Assembly: GCA_035651295.1 (NCBI GenBank)
Contig: DASRGA010000062.1
Coordinates: 721 to 64,720 of the forward strand
DNA from: Gaiellaceae bacterium
GTDB taxonomy: Bacteria; Actinomycetota; Thermoleophilia; Gaiellales; Gaiellaceae
Length of the DNA stretch: 64,000 nucleotides
Reading direction: 5' to 3'
Shown: positions 53,995-63,777 of the stretch, piece after piece
Position numbering within the stretch: position 1 is the first letter of the stretch
Layout of the letters: each line of letters opens with the position of its first letter
Program-made: the position numbers and the translations under genes
The notes under the pieces: model-generated
What the model was told of the DNA's origin: nothing
The model's database searches: none
Seen by the model: only the letters and a program-made list of their open reading frames with translations

Positions 53995-54984
53995 ATGCGC
54001 GTCTTCTCCGGCATCCAGGCCACCGGGGCGAAGCAGCTCGGCAACTACATCGGCGCGATGCGCCAGTACGTCACGACCCAGGACGAGAACCCGGGCGAGG
54101 CGTTCTTCTGCATCGTCGACCTGCACTCGATCACCGTCGAGTACGACCCCCGCGACCTGCACGACCGCACGCTCGACCTGGCGGCGCTCCTCTATGCGGT
54201 CGGCCTCGACCCCGAGCGGAGCACGCTCTTCCTGCAGAGCCACGTGGCCGCGCACCCCGAGGCGGCCTGGCTGCTGTCGGCGGTCACGGGCTTCGGACAG
54301 CTCAACCGGATGACCCAGTTCAAGGAGAAGGGAGAGGGCAAGGACTTCGTCTCGGCCGGCCTCTTCACCTATCCGGTGCTGATGGCGGGCGACATCCTGC
54401 TCTACCAGACCGAGCTCGTCCCGGTCGGGGACGACCAGCGACAGCACGTCGAGCTCGCCCGCGACGTCGCCGAGCGCTTCAACTCCCGCTTCGGCGAAAC
54501 GTTCACGATCCCGCGCGGCGTCTTCCCCGAGGTCGGGGCGCGGATCATGGACCTGCAGGAGCCGACGAAGAAGATGTCGACCACCGCCGGCACCGAGCAG
54601 AGCACCGTCTACGTGCTCGACGAGCCCGACGCGATCCGGAAGAAGTTCCGCGCCGCCGTCACCGATTCGGGCCGCGAGGTCAGCTACGCACCCGACACCA
54701 AGCCGGGCGTCTCGAACCTGATCGAGATCCTCTCGGTGGCGAGCGGGGCCTCGATCGCGGCGATCGAAGCCTCGTACGCCGGACGCGGCTACGGCGAGCT
54801 GAAGACCGACGTCGGCGAGGCGGTCGTCGAGCTCTTCCGCCCCGTCCGCGAGCGCTACGCAGGGCTGCGCGCCGACGAGCCGGAGCTGCGCAGGCTGCTC
54901 GCAAAGGGCGCGGAGAAGGCCCGCGAGGCCTCGGCGCCCACGCTCGCGCGCATGTACGACGCGATGGGTTTCGTCTCCCGCTGA
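53995..54984 (+). CDS. trpS: tryptophan--tRNA ligase
   Basis: FSGIQATGAKQLGNYIGA, GDDQRQH and KMSTT. Confidence 0.95.
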   Translation: MRVFSGIQATGAKQLGNYIGAMRQYVTTQDENPGEAFFCIVDLHSITVEYDPRDLHDRTLDLAALLYAVGLDPERSTLFLQSHVAAHPEAAWLLSAVTGFGQLNRMTQFKEKGEGKDFVSAGLFTYPVLMAGDILLYQTELVPVGDDQRQHVELARDVAERFNSRFGETFTIPRGVFPEVGARIMDLQEPTKKMSTTAGTEQSTVYVLDEPDAIRKKFRAAVTDSGREVSYAPDTKPGVSNLIEILSVASGASIAAIEASYAGRGYGELKTDVGEAVVELFRPVRERYAGLRADEPELRRLLAKGAEKAREASAPTLARMYDAMGFVSR

Positions 54985-55091
54985 GCGCGGGCACCAAGCC
55001 GTTACCGAATCGACGGATTGCGGCGACCCCCGCCCCCGGGCGGCGGCCGTAGGTTCGGCGTCGCCAGCGACAACCACGAGGAGGGAGTGGA

Positions 55092-57464
55092 ATGGTGCTG
55101 AGAAGACGCCTGCCGGTCGTTGCGGGCCTCGTCCTCGCCTGCGCGGCCGTCGCCGTGGCGGCCGGAGCGGTCTCGGGCGGAGGTGCGTCGGCCGCGGCCT
55201 CGGCCGCCCCGTCGGCGAACTGCCGGCTCGCAAACGGGATCCAGCACGTGATCGAGATCACGTTCGACAACGTGCACTTCAACCGCGACAACCCGAACGT
55301 CCTGTCCGACCTCGAGCAGATGCCCGCGCTGACCGGGTTCATCACCGGCCACGGCACGCTGCTGTCGAACAACCACACGCCGCTGATCGGGCACACCGCC
55401 GACGACAGCATCACGAACTACACCGGCCTGTACGGCGACCGGCACGGCCAGGGGCTGACGAACAGCTACGAGACCTACCAGCCCGACGGCAGCGTCATCT
55501 CGAAGAGCTCGTTCGCGTACTGGACCGGGACATACGGCACCGACGCCTTCCCGAACCAGCCGTACTCGGCCACCGTGCCGGCGAGCGGCTCGCCGAAGAC
55601 GCCGCCCGCGCCCTGGGTGCCGTTCACGCGCGCCGGCTGCGACTTCGGCGCCGTGTCGACGGCGAACATGGTGCTCGAGAACGTCAGCCCCGACCTCGCG
55701 AACGTGTTCGGCCCGAGCTCGCCCGAGGTTGCGCAGCTGAACGCCGACCCGGACTCGTTCAAGGACCAGGAGGTCGCGGACTATGTCGGCGTCGGCGTGC
55801 ACTGCGCGGCCGGCGACTCGTTCTGCGCCTCGGGCCTCTCGAAGTCGGTGACGGACTCCCTGCCCGACGAGCCCGGCGGCTACAGCGGGTTCGACGCCGT
55901 CTTCGGGCACAAGTACCTCCAGCCGACGCTGAAAGGCGCGGCGACGTCGGGCGGCAACCGCGTCGTGAACGGCCGCACCTACGAGGTGTACGACGCCGCC
56001 GGCAACCTCGTCGACCTGAACGGCAAGGAGATCGACGGCGCCTTCCTGCCGCCGAACACGCCGGGCTTCCCGGGCTTCGGACCGATCAGCGCGGCCCAGT
56101 CGCTCGCCTACGTCGCCGACATGCAGGAGACGGGCGTTCCGATCACCTACGCCTACATCTCCGACGCGCACGAGAAGAAGACGGGCCAGACCGGATGCTC
56201 GAACAGCGGCACTGCGCAGGGCCCGGGAGACAGCTGCTACAAGGCGACGCTTGCCGCGTACAACGACGCATTCGCGAAGTTCTTCCAGCGGCTGTCGGAC
56301 GACGGCATCGACGCGTCGAACACGCTGTTCGTGATCACCGCGGACGAAGGCGACCATTTCGCGGGAGCGAACGCCGGCCGCGCGGTCGCGCCGGCGTGCA
56401 CGGGCGCTCCGGGCACGACCGCCTACACGTGCAGCTACGCCGGGAAGATCGGCGAGCAGCAGGTCGACATCCACGGCCTCCTGCGGCACGAGTTCGGCGA
56501 CGCGACGCCGTTCTACGACGAGCCGCAGGGCAACTCGCTGTTCATCACGGGCAACCCGAGCGCGACCGACTCGTCGACCCGCCGGCTCGAGCGTGAGTGG
56601 GCGGGCGCGAAGGCATTCGATTCGTGGGACAACGCGACCGAGAACGTCGCCCAGTACATGGCCGACCCGACGGCCGAGCAGCTCCTGCACTTCGTCAACG
56701 CGGACCCGAACCGCACGCCGTCGTTCACCGTCTTCCCGAAGCCCGACTTCTTCTTCACGGGCGGAACGCAGGACACGAAGACGGCGGTCGACGGCTGCGC
56801 GAGCGGCACCACCGCGGACAACGCCGCGGCGAACTGCTCGTCGGTCAACAACGGGTTCTCGTGGAACCACGGCTACTACGCGCCCGAGATCAGCAACACC
56901 TGGCTCGGGCTCGTCGGGCCGGGCGTCGCCCACAAGGGCGTCGACGGGTCACCGGCCGAAGCGGGCCCGAGCTCCGCCGGCGGCGCGAACTCGGACCCGC
57001 AGCTCGTGATGTCGATCCCGAACCGGGGGACGTGGGCAGACCACACCGACATCCGCCCGACGATCCTCGCGCTGACCGGCCTCGAGGACGACTACGTCGA
57101 CGACGGCCGCGTCCTCACCGAGAACCTGACGATCACGCCGGGCAAGACCGGCGACAAGAAGTTCGAGCCGCTGGCCGTCTGCTACAAGCAGCTCAACTCG
57201 AGCGTCGGACGGTTCGGCACCGACGTCCTGCTCGCCGACACGGCCGCGTTGAAGACCGGGTCGGCAAGCGACGACTCGAGCTACCAGAGCGTCCTCGCGC
57301 AGATCAAGAAGCTCGGCGGCGAGCGCGACACGCTCGCGACCGAGATCAAGAACGACCTGTTCGCCGCCGAGTTCGACAACACGCCGATTCCCAACGGCAA
57401 CTCGACCGAGGCGCACTGCCAGAACCTGCTCCGCAGCGCGGACAGGCTCACCTCGAGCGGCTGA
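55092..57464 (+). CDS. large secreted alkaline-phosphatase-superfamily protein (nucleotide pyrophosphatase/phosphodiesterase-like core with large insertions)
   Basis: GGAGG SD and a signal peptide with RRR. VIEITFDNVHF metal-ligand strand, GHTADDSITNYTGLYGDRHG (NPP-like T nucleophile, TGxY..HG), SWNHGY and ADHTDIRPTILALTGL. Confidence 0.55.
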   Translation: MVLRRRLPVVAGLVLACAAVAVAAGAVSGGGASAAASAAPSANCRLANGIQHVIEITFDNVHFNRDNPNVLSDLEQMPALTGFITGHGTLLSNNHTPLIGHTADDSITNYTGLYGDRHGQGLTNSYETYQPDGSVISKSSFAYWTGTYGTDAFPNQPYSATVPASGSPKTPPAPWVPFTRAGCDFGAVSTANMVLENVSPDLANVFGPSSPEVAQLNADPDSFKDQEVADYVGVGVHCAAGDSFCASGLSKSVTDSLPDEPGGYSGFDAVFGHKYLQPTLKGAATSGGNRVVNGRTYEVYDAAGNLVDLNGKEIDGAFLPPNTPGFPGFGPISAAQSLAYVADMQETGVPITYAYISDAHEKKTGQTGCSNSGTAQGPGDSCYKATLAAYNDAFAKFFQRLSDDGIDASNTLFVITADEGDHFAGANAGRAVAPACTGAPGTTAYTCSYAGKIGEQQVDIHGLLRHEFGDATPFYDEPQGNSLFITGNPSATDSSTRRLEREWAGAKAFDSWDNATENVAQYMADPTAEQLLHFVNADPNRTPSFTVFPKPDFFFTGGTQDTKTAVDGCASGTTADNAAANCSSVNNGFSWNHGYYAPEISNTWLGLVGPGVAHKGVDGSPAEAGPSSAGGANSDPQLVMSIPNRGTWADHTDIRPTILALTGLEDDYVDDGRVLTENLTITPGKTGDKKFEPLAVCYKQLNSSVGRFGTDVLLADTAALKTGSASDDSSYQSVLAQIKKLGGERDTLATEIKNDLFAAEFDNTPIPNGNSTEAHCQNLLRSADRLTSSG

Positions 57465-58134
57465 GGCGCTCGACCTCGAAGGCCTCGAGCTCGCGCCATG
57501 CGCCGGGCTCGAGGCCTTCGAGCGTCAGGGGGCCGTACCGCGACCGGTGCAGCCGCACGACCGGATGCCCGACGGCCTCGAGCATGCGCCTGACCTGCCG
57601 GTTGCGGCCCTCGTGGATCGTCAGCTCGACCGTGTTGCCGTCGAGCCGCCGGACGCGTGCGGGGCGCGTGGGCCCGTCGTCGAGCTCGACCCCGCGGCGG
57701 AGCCGCTCGAGCGCGTCGTCGCCGGCCCGTGTGCGCGTCTCGGCCTCGTAGACCTTCTCGACCTCGTAGCGGGGGTGGGCGAGCCGGTGCGCGAGCGGCC
57801 CGTCGTTCGTCAGGAGGAGCGCGCCCGTCGTGTCGGCGTCGAGCCTGCCCACCGGGACGATGCGCGCCTCGTGGCCGACGAGCCCGACGACGGTCGGCCG
57901 CCCGCGCGGGTCGCGCGCCGTGGTGACGACGCCGGCCGGCTTGTGCAGCAGCACGTAGGCGAGCGGCTGCTTCGCGACCGGCTCCCCGTCGACGCGGACG
58001 ACGTCGCGCTCGGCGACGAACGTGTTCAGCCGGCCGGCCTCGCCGTTGACGGTGACGCGGCCGGCCTTGATCAGCTCGTCCGCCCTCCGGCGCGACGCGA
58101 CCCCGGCACGGGCGAGGTAGGCGTTCAGCCGCAC
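57448..58134 (-). CDS. pseudouridine synthase, RsuA/RluB family, with an S4 domain
   Basis: GTG at 58134. S4 LNAYLARAGVASRRRADELI, catalytic VGRLDADTTGALLLTNDG, and EGRNRQVRRM. Confidence 0.88.
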   Translation of the reverse strand: MRLNAYLARAGVASRRRADELIKAGRVTVNGEAGRLNTFVAERDVVRVDGEPVAKQPLAYVLLHKPAGVVTTARDPRGRPTVVGLVGHEARIVPVGRLDADTTGALLLTNDGPLAHRLAHPRYEVEKVYEAETRTRAGDDALERLRRGVELDDGPTRPARVRRLDGNTVELTIHEGRNRQVRRMLEAVGHPVVRLHRSRYGPLTLEGLEPGAWRELEAFEVERLSRSR

Positions 58135-59060
58135 GACGGGACGAGCAGGAGCTTGCCGGTCGTCCGCCGCCCCTCGAGGTCCTCGTGCGCGCGCCGCGCG
58201 TCGGCGAGCGGGTAGCGCGCGCCGATGCGGACGTCGAGCGCGCCCTCGGCGACGAGCGCGAACACCGAGGCAGCCCGCGAGCGCAGCAGCTCGGGCGTGC
58301 GCGTGTAGGTGTGCAGCGTCGGCCGCTGCACGTACAGCGACCCGAGGCCCGCCAGCCTGGCCACCTGGAACGGCTCGGGGTCGCCGCTCGCGGAGCCGTA
58401 GAGGATCAGCGAGCCGAGCGGCCGCAGCGCACGCAGGCCGGCCTCGAACGTGGCGCGCCCGACGCCGTCGTAGACGGCGGCGGCGCCGAGCTCGCGCGCC
58501 CGCTCCTCGAAGGCGTCGTAGCCGACGACCTCGTCGGCGCCGGCCTCGCGGGCGAGCGCTGCCTTTTCCGGCGTCGACACCGTCGCGAGCACGCGGCCGC
58601 CGCGCAGCTTCACGAGCTGGGTCAGGAGCAGCCCGACGCCGCCGGCGGCGGCGTGGACGACCACCCAGTCGCCCGGCTGCACCGCGTAGGAGTCGTGGCA
58701 GAGGTAGTGGGCGGTCATCCCCTGCAGGAGCGCGGCGACGGCGACGTCGGTCGGGACCGCGTCGGGGATCGGCACGGTCCGGTCGCGCTTGACGGCGACG
58801 CGCTCGGCGTAGCTCGCCGTGCCGTGCGCCCACGCCAGCCGCTCGCCGGTGCCGACGGCGGTCCCGCCCGCCTCCGCGCCGAGCACGCCGGGCGCGTCGG
58901 TGCCGTAGCCCTCGCGCTCGCGCTCGTAGACGTCGCGGAAGTTGACGCCGATCGCCTCGACGTCGACGAGCACCTCGTCGTCCCCGGGGACGGGCTCGGG
59001 GACGTCGCGCAGCTCGAGCACCTCGGCGCCGCCGTGACGCTCGAACCAGATGGCGCGCAT
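58125..59060 (-). CDS. NADPH:quinone oxidoreductase (zinc-independent MDR family)
   Basis: ATG at 59060. VEAIGVNFRD and HAAAGGVGLLLTQL. Confidence 0.85.
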   Translation of the reverse strand: MRAIWFERHGGAEVLELRDVPEPVPGDDEVLVDVEAIGVNFRDVYEREREGYGTDAPGVLGAEAGGTAVGTGERLAWAHGTASYAERVAVKRDRTVPIPDAVPTDVAVAALLQGMTAHYLCHDSYAVQPGDWVVVHAAAGGVGLLLTQLVKLRGGRVLATVSTPEKAALAREAGADEVVGYDAFEERARELGAAAVYDGVGRATFEAGLRALRPLGSLILYGSASGDPEPFQVARLAGLGSLYVQRPTLHTYTRTPELLRSRAASVFALVAEGALDVRIGARYPLADARRAHEDLEGRRTTGKLLLVPSCG

Positions 59061-59590
59061 CAGTAGATGGCGGTCGCGAGCTTGCGGCGGTACTGCACGG
59101 TCAGGGGATGCTCGTGCCCGAGCTCGCCGAAGAGGCGCACCATCAGCTCGCGCACCGGCTCGCGCTGCTCCGGATCCTGCTGGGCGCGCTCGATCAGGAT
59201 CCGGAAGGCGCTCTCGTAGTCGTTGGCGGCGAGCGCCGCGGCGACCTCGGCGTCGTCGAGCGACTCCGCGACCGGCGGCTCGAGCAGCTTCTCGAGGAAC
59301 GCGTCGATCGTCGTCGCCGACTGGACGCCCACGAACTCGGAGACGACGTGGCCGCCGCGAAACGCCTTCACCGCCGGGATGCCGCGGATGCCGAACTCGT
59401 TGGCGAGCTCCGGGTTCGCGTCGGTGTCGACCTTCACGAGCTTGACGCCCTTCGCAGCGGTCGCGGCCTCGAGGAGCGGCGCGAGCGCCTTGCAGGGGGC
59501 GCACCAGTCGGCCCAGAAGTCGACGACGACCGGCTCTCCGGCCGATGCCTCGAGCACCTCGCGCGCGAACGACTCGGTGGTGACGTCCAC
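59060..59590 (-). CDS. thioredoxin-domain protein with a helical (TPR-like) C-terminal extension (YbbN/CnoX-like)
   Basis: GTG at 59590. VVVDFWADWCAPCK active site and GIRGIPAV cis-Pro loop. Confidence 0.8.
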   Translation of the reverse strand: MDVTTESFAREVLEASAGEPVVVDFWADWCAPCKALAPLLEAATAAKGVKLVKVDTDANPELANEFGIRGIPAVKAFRGGHVVSEFVGVQSATTIDAFLEKLLEPPVAESLDDAEVAAALAANDYESAFRILIERAQQDPEQREPVRELMVRLFGELGHEHPLTVQYRRKLATAIY

Positions 59591-59666
59591 GCCGGAAAGG
59601 TAGCCGGAGCAATCCTTCTGACGGTCTGCTTCGTACTGTCGGACGGAAACCGATCGAGGAGGGTCT

Positions 59667-60188
59667 ATGGTCAGGAAGCTCGCTCTTGTCGCCGCCGCGC
59701 TCGCCGGGCCGGCGGCCGCCTTCGCGGCGACGCAGGCGACGGCGCACACGGTGTCGGTGGCGAACAACGGCACGCTCGGCAAGCGGGTGCTGGTGACGCC
59801 GACGACCGGACGGACGCTGTACACGCTGAGCGTCGAGAAGAACGGAAAGTGGGTCTGCGTGAAGCAGTGCGCGAGCTTCTGGCCGCCGCTCGTGATCGCG
59901 AAGGGCAAGAAGCCCACGGGCGCCGCGAGCCTCGGGACGGTCAAGCGCCCGGACGGGCGCCTGCAGGTGACGTTCAAGGGCTCGCCGCTCTACCGCTTCT
60001 CCGGCGACAAGGCGCCGGGGCAGGCGAACGGCGAGGGCCTGAAGGACGTCGGCGTGTGGCACGCGGCGGTCGTGGGGCCGGGCACGAAGACGGTGCCCAC
60101 CGGGACGACGACGACGCCGACCGACACGACCGGCACCGGCGCGACGACGACGAGCGGCGGCGGGGGCGGCTACCGGCCGCCGAGCTGA
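59667..60188 (+). CDS. secreted protein with two Yx(F/W/Y)xxD-type repeats (COG4315-like) and a Thr/Gly-rich tail
   Basis: GGAGGG SD, signal peptide, GRTLYTLSVEKNG..C..C..FWPPL and GSPLYRFSGDKAPGQANGEG..VWHA. Confidence 0.7.
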   Translation: MVRKLALVAAALAGPAAAFAATQATAHTVSVANNGTLGKRVLVTPTTGRTLYTLSVEKNGKWVCVKQCASFWPPLVIAKGKKPTGAASLGTVKRPDGRLQVTFKGSPLYRFSGDKAPGQANGEGLKDVGVWHAAVVGPGTKTVPTGTTTTPTDTTGTGATTTSGGGGGYRPPS

Positions 60189-60195
60189 GCCGGCG

Positions 60196-60798
60196 TCAGG
60201 CGGGCCGCTTCTCGGCGACCCGCTCGAGCCGCTCGCGGAGCTCCGTCACGTCGGCGCCCAGGTCGTCGACGCGGGGGAGCGCCGCGAGCGACTCGAGCCC
60301 GAAGATCCGCTCGAAGAGCGGCGTCGTGCGGTAGCGGATCGCCCCGAGCTCCTCGCGGCCGCTCTCGGCGACGAGACCACGCTCGACGAGCCCGGCGACG
60401 ACGCCGTCGACGTTCACGCCGCGGATCCGCGCGATCTCGGGCCGCGACACCGGCCCGAGGTACGCGACGATCGCGAGCGTCTCGAGCGCCGCCTGCGAGA
60501 GCCCCTTCTCGGCCGGCTTCTCGAAGAGGCGCGAGCAGGCCTCGGAGGCCGACGCCGACGCCCGAAACGCGTAGCCGCCGGCGACGTGCTCGAGCACGAT
60601 CCCGCTGCGGCCTTCGCAGTAGCGCTCGCCGAGCAGCTCGAGGGCGTCCTCCACCTGGGCGGCGTCGGCCTGCGCCGCCGCCGCGAGCTCCTCGACCGGC
60701 AGCGGCTGCGAGGCGACGACGAGCAGCGCCTCCAGCGTGCGCGCCAGCTCGGCGGCGGGCGCGGCGTCGGTCGTGATCAGGCGGAGTGGGCTGTCCAA
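60196..60798 (-). CDS. scpB: segregation and condensation protein B
   Basis: TTG at 60798, preceded by AAGGAG at 6 nt. LEALLVVASQPL, GGYAFR and LSQAALETLAIVAY. Confidence 0.88.
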   Translation of the reverse strand: MDSPLRLITTDAAPAAELARTLEALLVVASQPLPVEELAAAAQADAAQVEDALELLGERYCEGRSGIVLEHVAGGYAFRASASASEACSRLFEKPAEKGLSQAALETLAIVAYLGPVSRPEIARIRGVNVDGVVAGLVERGLVAESGREELGAIRYRTTPLFERIFGLESLAALPRVDDLGADVTELRERLERVAEKRPA

Positions 60799-61535
60799 GA
60801 CAAGCTCCTTTCGGCGTCGGCACGGGAAATCCTTATCGGGGCGAACGGCGCGGCCTGCGCGAGCGCGATCTCGCCCTGCTTGCGCAGCTCGAGCAGCGCG
60901 AGGAACGCGACGGCGATCTCGACCCGCGAGAGCCCGTCCACCTCCTGGTCGAAGTCGAAGCGGCTGCGCCGCCGCAGCAGCGCGCGCCAGCGCTCGAGGA
61001 ACTGCGAGACGGGCGGGAAGCGGAGCGCCATGTGCGCGGTCGAGGGCTCGGGCGGCTCGGCGGCGAGCGCGCGCAGGACGGCGGCGAGCTTCTGCGGGTC
61101 CTGCGGGGCGAGCTTGCGCTCGACGGCCGGTGCGAGCGGCGCCGGGCCGAGCCGGAAGTGCAGGTGGCGGCGCTCCTCGAGCCGCCCGCGCAGGAAGCCG
61201 GCGGCCTCCTTGGCGCGGCGGTACTCGGCGAGCCGGCGGGCCAGCTCCTCGGCGGCCTCCTCGGGCTCGAGCTCGGCCAGCTCCGCGTCCTCCTCGGGGA
61301 ACATCCCGCGCGCCTTCAGCTCGAGCAGCGCGCTGATCAGGATCAGGAACTCGCCGCACGCGTCGAGGTCGAGCTCGTCCTTCTCGGCGAGGTGCTCGAC
61401 GAACGCCACGACGACCTCGGCGAGGGCAATCTCGCTGAGCGGCAGCTCCTCGCGCAGCACGAGGGAGAGCAGGAGGTCGAACGGGCCCTCGAAGGCGTCC
61501 AGGTCCAGCGGGAGCTCGCGGACGGCGACCGGCAC
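60777..61535 (-). CDS. scpA: segregation and condensation protein A
   Basis: GTG at 61535. FEGPFDLLLSLV and the C-terminal VAFLALLELRK. Confidence 0.88.
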   Translation of the reverse strand: MPVAVRELPLDLDAFEGPFDLLLSLVLREELPLSEIALAEVVVAFVEHLAEKDELDLDACGEFLILISALLELKARGMFPEEDAELAELEPEEAAEELARRLAEYRRAKEAAGFLRGRLEERRHLHFRLGPAPLAPAVERKLAPQDPQKLAAVLRALAAEPPEPSTAHMALRFPPVSQFLERWRALLRRRSRFDFDQEVDGLSRVEIAVAFLALLELRKQGEIALAQAAPFAPIRISRADAERSLSWTAHSA

Positions 61536-61555
61536 TGCGCGGCAGGGTACTGGCG

Positions 61556-62422
61556 TTACCGGACGCGGCCGCGCGGGATCGCCATCGCCGGCCCCTTCGG
61601 CGGCTCCCGGCGCTTCGGGTGCTCCTCGAGCCGGGAGCGGCGGCGGTTCCAGAGGAAGAACGCGACCGCGCCGGCGAACACGACGATCGAGACCCAGGCG
61701 TTCAGCCGGAGGCCGGCGACGTGGTGCGCCGGGTCGATCCGCAGCAGCTCCTCGAAGAAGCGTCCGAAGCAGTACCAGGCGACGTAGAGCGCGAAGAGGC
61801 CCGGGGCGCGCAGCTTGTAGCGGCGGTCGAGCCAGAGGAGGACGCCGACGCCGACGACGTCCCAGATGAGCTCGTAGAGGAAGGTCGGCTGGTAGGTGGT
61901 GAAGCCGAAGTACCTGGGGTCGGCAGGCTGGTGGGCGGAGTCGATCCTGAGCCCCCATGGGAGCGAGGTCGGCTTGCCGTAGAGCTCCTGGTTCCACCAG
62001 TTGCCGATGCGGCCGATGCCCTGCGCGAGCAGGAGCCCGGGCGCGGCCGCGTCCATGAACGGCGCGACCCGGACGCCGTTTCGGCGCAGCACGGCCGCGC
62101 CGGCGAGGGTGCCGAAGAGGATCCCGCCCCAGATGCCGAGACCGCCGCGCCACACCTCGAAGACGCCCTGCCATTTCGGGCTCGGCACCTCGCTCCAGGA
62201 GGTGACGTCGTGGTAGGCGCGCGCGCCGACGACACCGAAGGCGACGCCCCAGACGGCGACGCGCGTGACGAGGTCCCAGTCGCCGCCGCGCGCCGTCCAG
62301 CGCCGGCCGGTCAGGTAGATGCAGGCGAGGATCGCGACGAGCAGCGTCAGCCCGTACATGTGGAGGTGCAGGGGCCCCAGGCTGACGACGCCGGAATGCG
62401 GGGAGGGGATCGAGCCGAGCAC
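61556..62422 (-). CDS. lgt: prolipoprotein diacylglyceryl transferase
   Basis: HMYGLTLLVAI, GARAYH, GGLGIWGG and GRIGNWWNQELYG. Confidence 0.92.
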   Translation of the reverse strand: MLGSIPSPHSGVVSLGPLHLHMYGLTLLVAILACIYLTGRRWTARGGDWDLVTRVAVWGVAFGVVGARAYHDVTSWSEVPSPKWQGVFEVWRGGLGIWGGILFGTLAGAAVLRRNGVRVAPFMDAAAPGLLLAQGIGRIGNWWNQELYGKPTSLPWGLRIDSAHQPADPRYFGFTTYQPTFLYELIWDVVGVGVLLWLDRRYKLRAPGLFALYVAWYCFGRFFEELLRIDPAHHVAGLRLNAWVSIVVFAGAVAFFLWNRRRSRLEEHPKRREPPKGPAMAIPRGRVR

Positions 62423-62449
62423 CGCCCCGGAAGCTAGCTGACGGCGCCG

Positions 62450-62650
62450 CTAGAGCAGGATGTCGGCCGCGAGCTGCGGGGCGCAGCCGTCGCGGACGAG
62501 GTCGAGCGCCCGGTGGAGGTCGACGTCGGCGCGCATCGCCAGGCGCTCGGCGAGCTCCTGGGGGTAGCCGGCCCGCTGGAGCTCCTCGGAGCGCCAGCGC
62601 TCGACGAGCTCCTGTTCGGTCGGCCGCAGTTCTGTTTCCACCGTCGACAT
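62450..62650 (-). CDS. small hypothetical helical protein (66 aa)
   Basis: The ATG at 62650 is preceded by AGGAGA; the track ORF starts 6 codons earlier. No recognised domain. Confidence 0.45.
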   Translation of the reverse strand: MSTVETELRPTEQELVERWRSEELQRAGYPQELAERLAMRADVDLHRALDLVRDGCAPQLAADILL

Positions 62651-62741
62651 CTCTCCTGTCCCACCCATTCTTCGGTCATAACGGAGCCGCGGTTCTCCCC
62701 ATGCCGGGGGATCCGGAGATTTAACGGAGCCCTAACGCGCA

Positions 62742-62771
62742 GGCCGGGGCGGCGCCGCGGCCGCCCCGGCC
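62742..62771 (-). terminator. GC hairpin (11-12 bp stem) directly after the stop of the secreted Ig-like protein gene
   Basis: GGCCGGGGCGG-CGCCGCGG-CCGCCCCGGCC, followed on the minus strand by TGCGCGTTAGGG. Confidence 0.5.
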
Positions 62772-62779
62772 CGCCTCCG

Positions 62780-63601
62780 CTACGAGCCGTTCGGCGCGCC
62801 GATCGTCACCTGGACGAGCCGGCGGGTGGAGGTGCCGCCGAGCAGGTCCTGCCCCTGGACGCGGGCGCGGACGAACAGCACGAGGTAGCCGGTGCGCGGG
62901 AACTGCCGGGTCGGCTGGAGCTGCAGGGTGGCCCACCCGGTCGCGTCGGTCGTCACCTCTGCCATGTTCGCGATGCGGTTGTACGGGACGCCGATCGCAT
63001 AAACGAGGGCGCCCGACACCGAGTTCGCGTGCGAGTCGGCGACGTGGATCTTCATCGTCGTCGGCGTGTGCCGTGCGCGGATCGGGTTCGCGGAGTAGCT
63101 GACCCTGTCGACGACGAGCCGGTTCGGCAGCGTCACGTTCGCCGCCGCGATCTGCTTGCCGGTGGGGACGGCCGGGGCGGCGACGACGGCGGTCGGGTCG
63201 GAGACGCTCTGCGTCGAGCCGGCCGAGTTGGTCGCCGTCACGTACGAGCGGATCGTATGCCCCTTGTCGGCGTCGACGAGCGTGTAGGTGTTCGAGCTCG
63301 CCCCGCCGATGGCGACGCAGCTCGCGCCGTTCGCGTCGCAGCGGCCCCAGGAGTAGGCGAAGAGGCTCACGTTGGAGCTCGAGCTCCAGGCGCCGTTGGT
63401 CGTCGTCAGGGTCTGGCCGACCTGCGCGGTGCCGCTGATCGTGGGCGGCGCCGTCGGCGCCGGGTGGCCGTACTCGTACTGGGCCGAGCTGGGCGAGCCG
63501 GATGCGATGCCGCCGCCGGCGAGCATGATCGCCGCGCCTGCGAGCAGCGCGGTCAGCAGGATGCTCGCGACGAAACGCCCCCGTGATGCGGACTGCGTCA
63601 T
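62780..63601 (-). CDS. secreted protein with an Ig-like PxISGTAxVGQTLT...W...Y.W.RC...C..I repeat and a C-terminal beta-rich domain
   Basis: AAGGGGGA SD and an N-terminal TM/signal sequence. PPTISGTAQVGQTLTTTNGAWSSSSNVSLFAYSWGRCDANGASCVAI. Confidence 0.6.
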   Translation of the reverse strand: MTQSASRGRFVASILLTALLAGAAIMLAGGGIASGSPSSAQYEYGHPAPTAPPTISGTAQVGQTLTTTNGAWSSSSNVSLFAYSWGRCDANGASCVAIGGASSNTYTLVDADKGHTIRSYVTATNSAGSTQSVSDPTAVVAAPAVPTGKQIAAANVTLPNRLVVDRVSYSANPIRARHTPTTMKIHVADSHANSVSGALVYAIGVPYNRIANMAEVTTDATGWATLQLQPTRQFPRTGYLVLFVRARVQGQDLLGGTSTRRLVQVTIGAPNGS

Positions 63602-63720
63602 GAGAGGTCCCCCTTCGTCGTGGTCTCGTCCACGCTAGGAGGCCGCCCTTGATGGTCGGGCTAGGTCTTTGTAAGGATCGGCGACCGATTCTTCAGCGCC
63701 GGGACTGTCCTCTCGGGACG

Positions 63721-63777
63721 GTCGGCGGCAGCCACCCACACGAAAGCGTCACGGCGTGCGCGCGGAAGTGTGACGGC
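63721..63777. repeat. structured intergenic element, copy B (inverted relative to copy A at 23469-23533)
   Basis: Blocks GGCAGCCACCC, ACGAAA and CGGAAGTG at the same spacing as in copy A. CGTCAC-N17-GTGACG. Abuts the dnaE stop. Confidence 0.55.
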
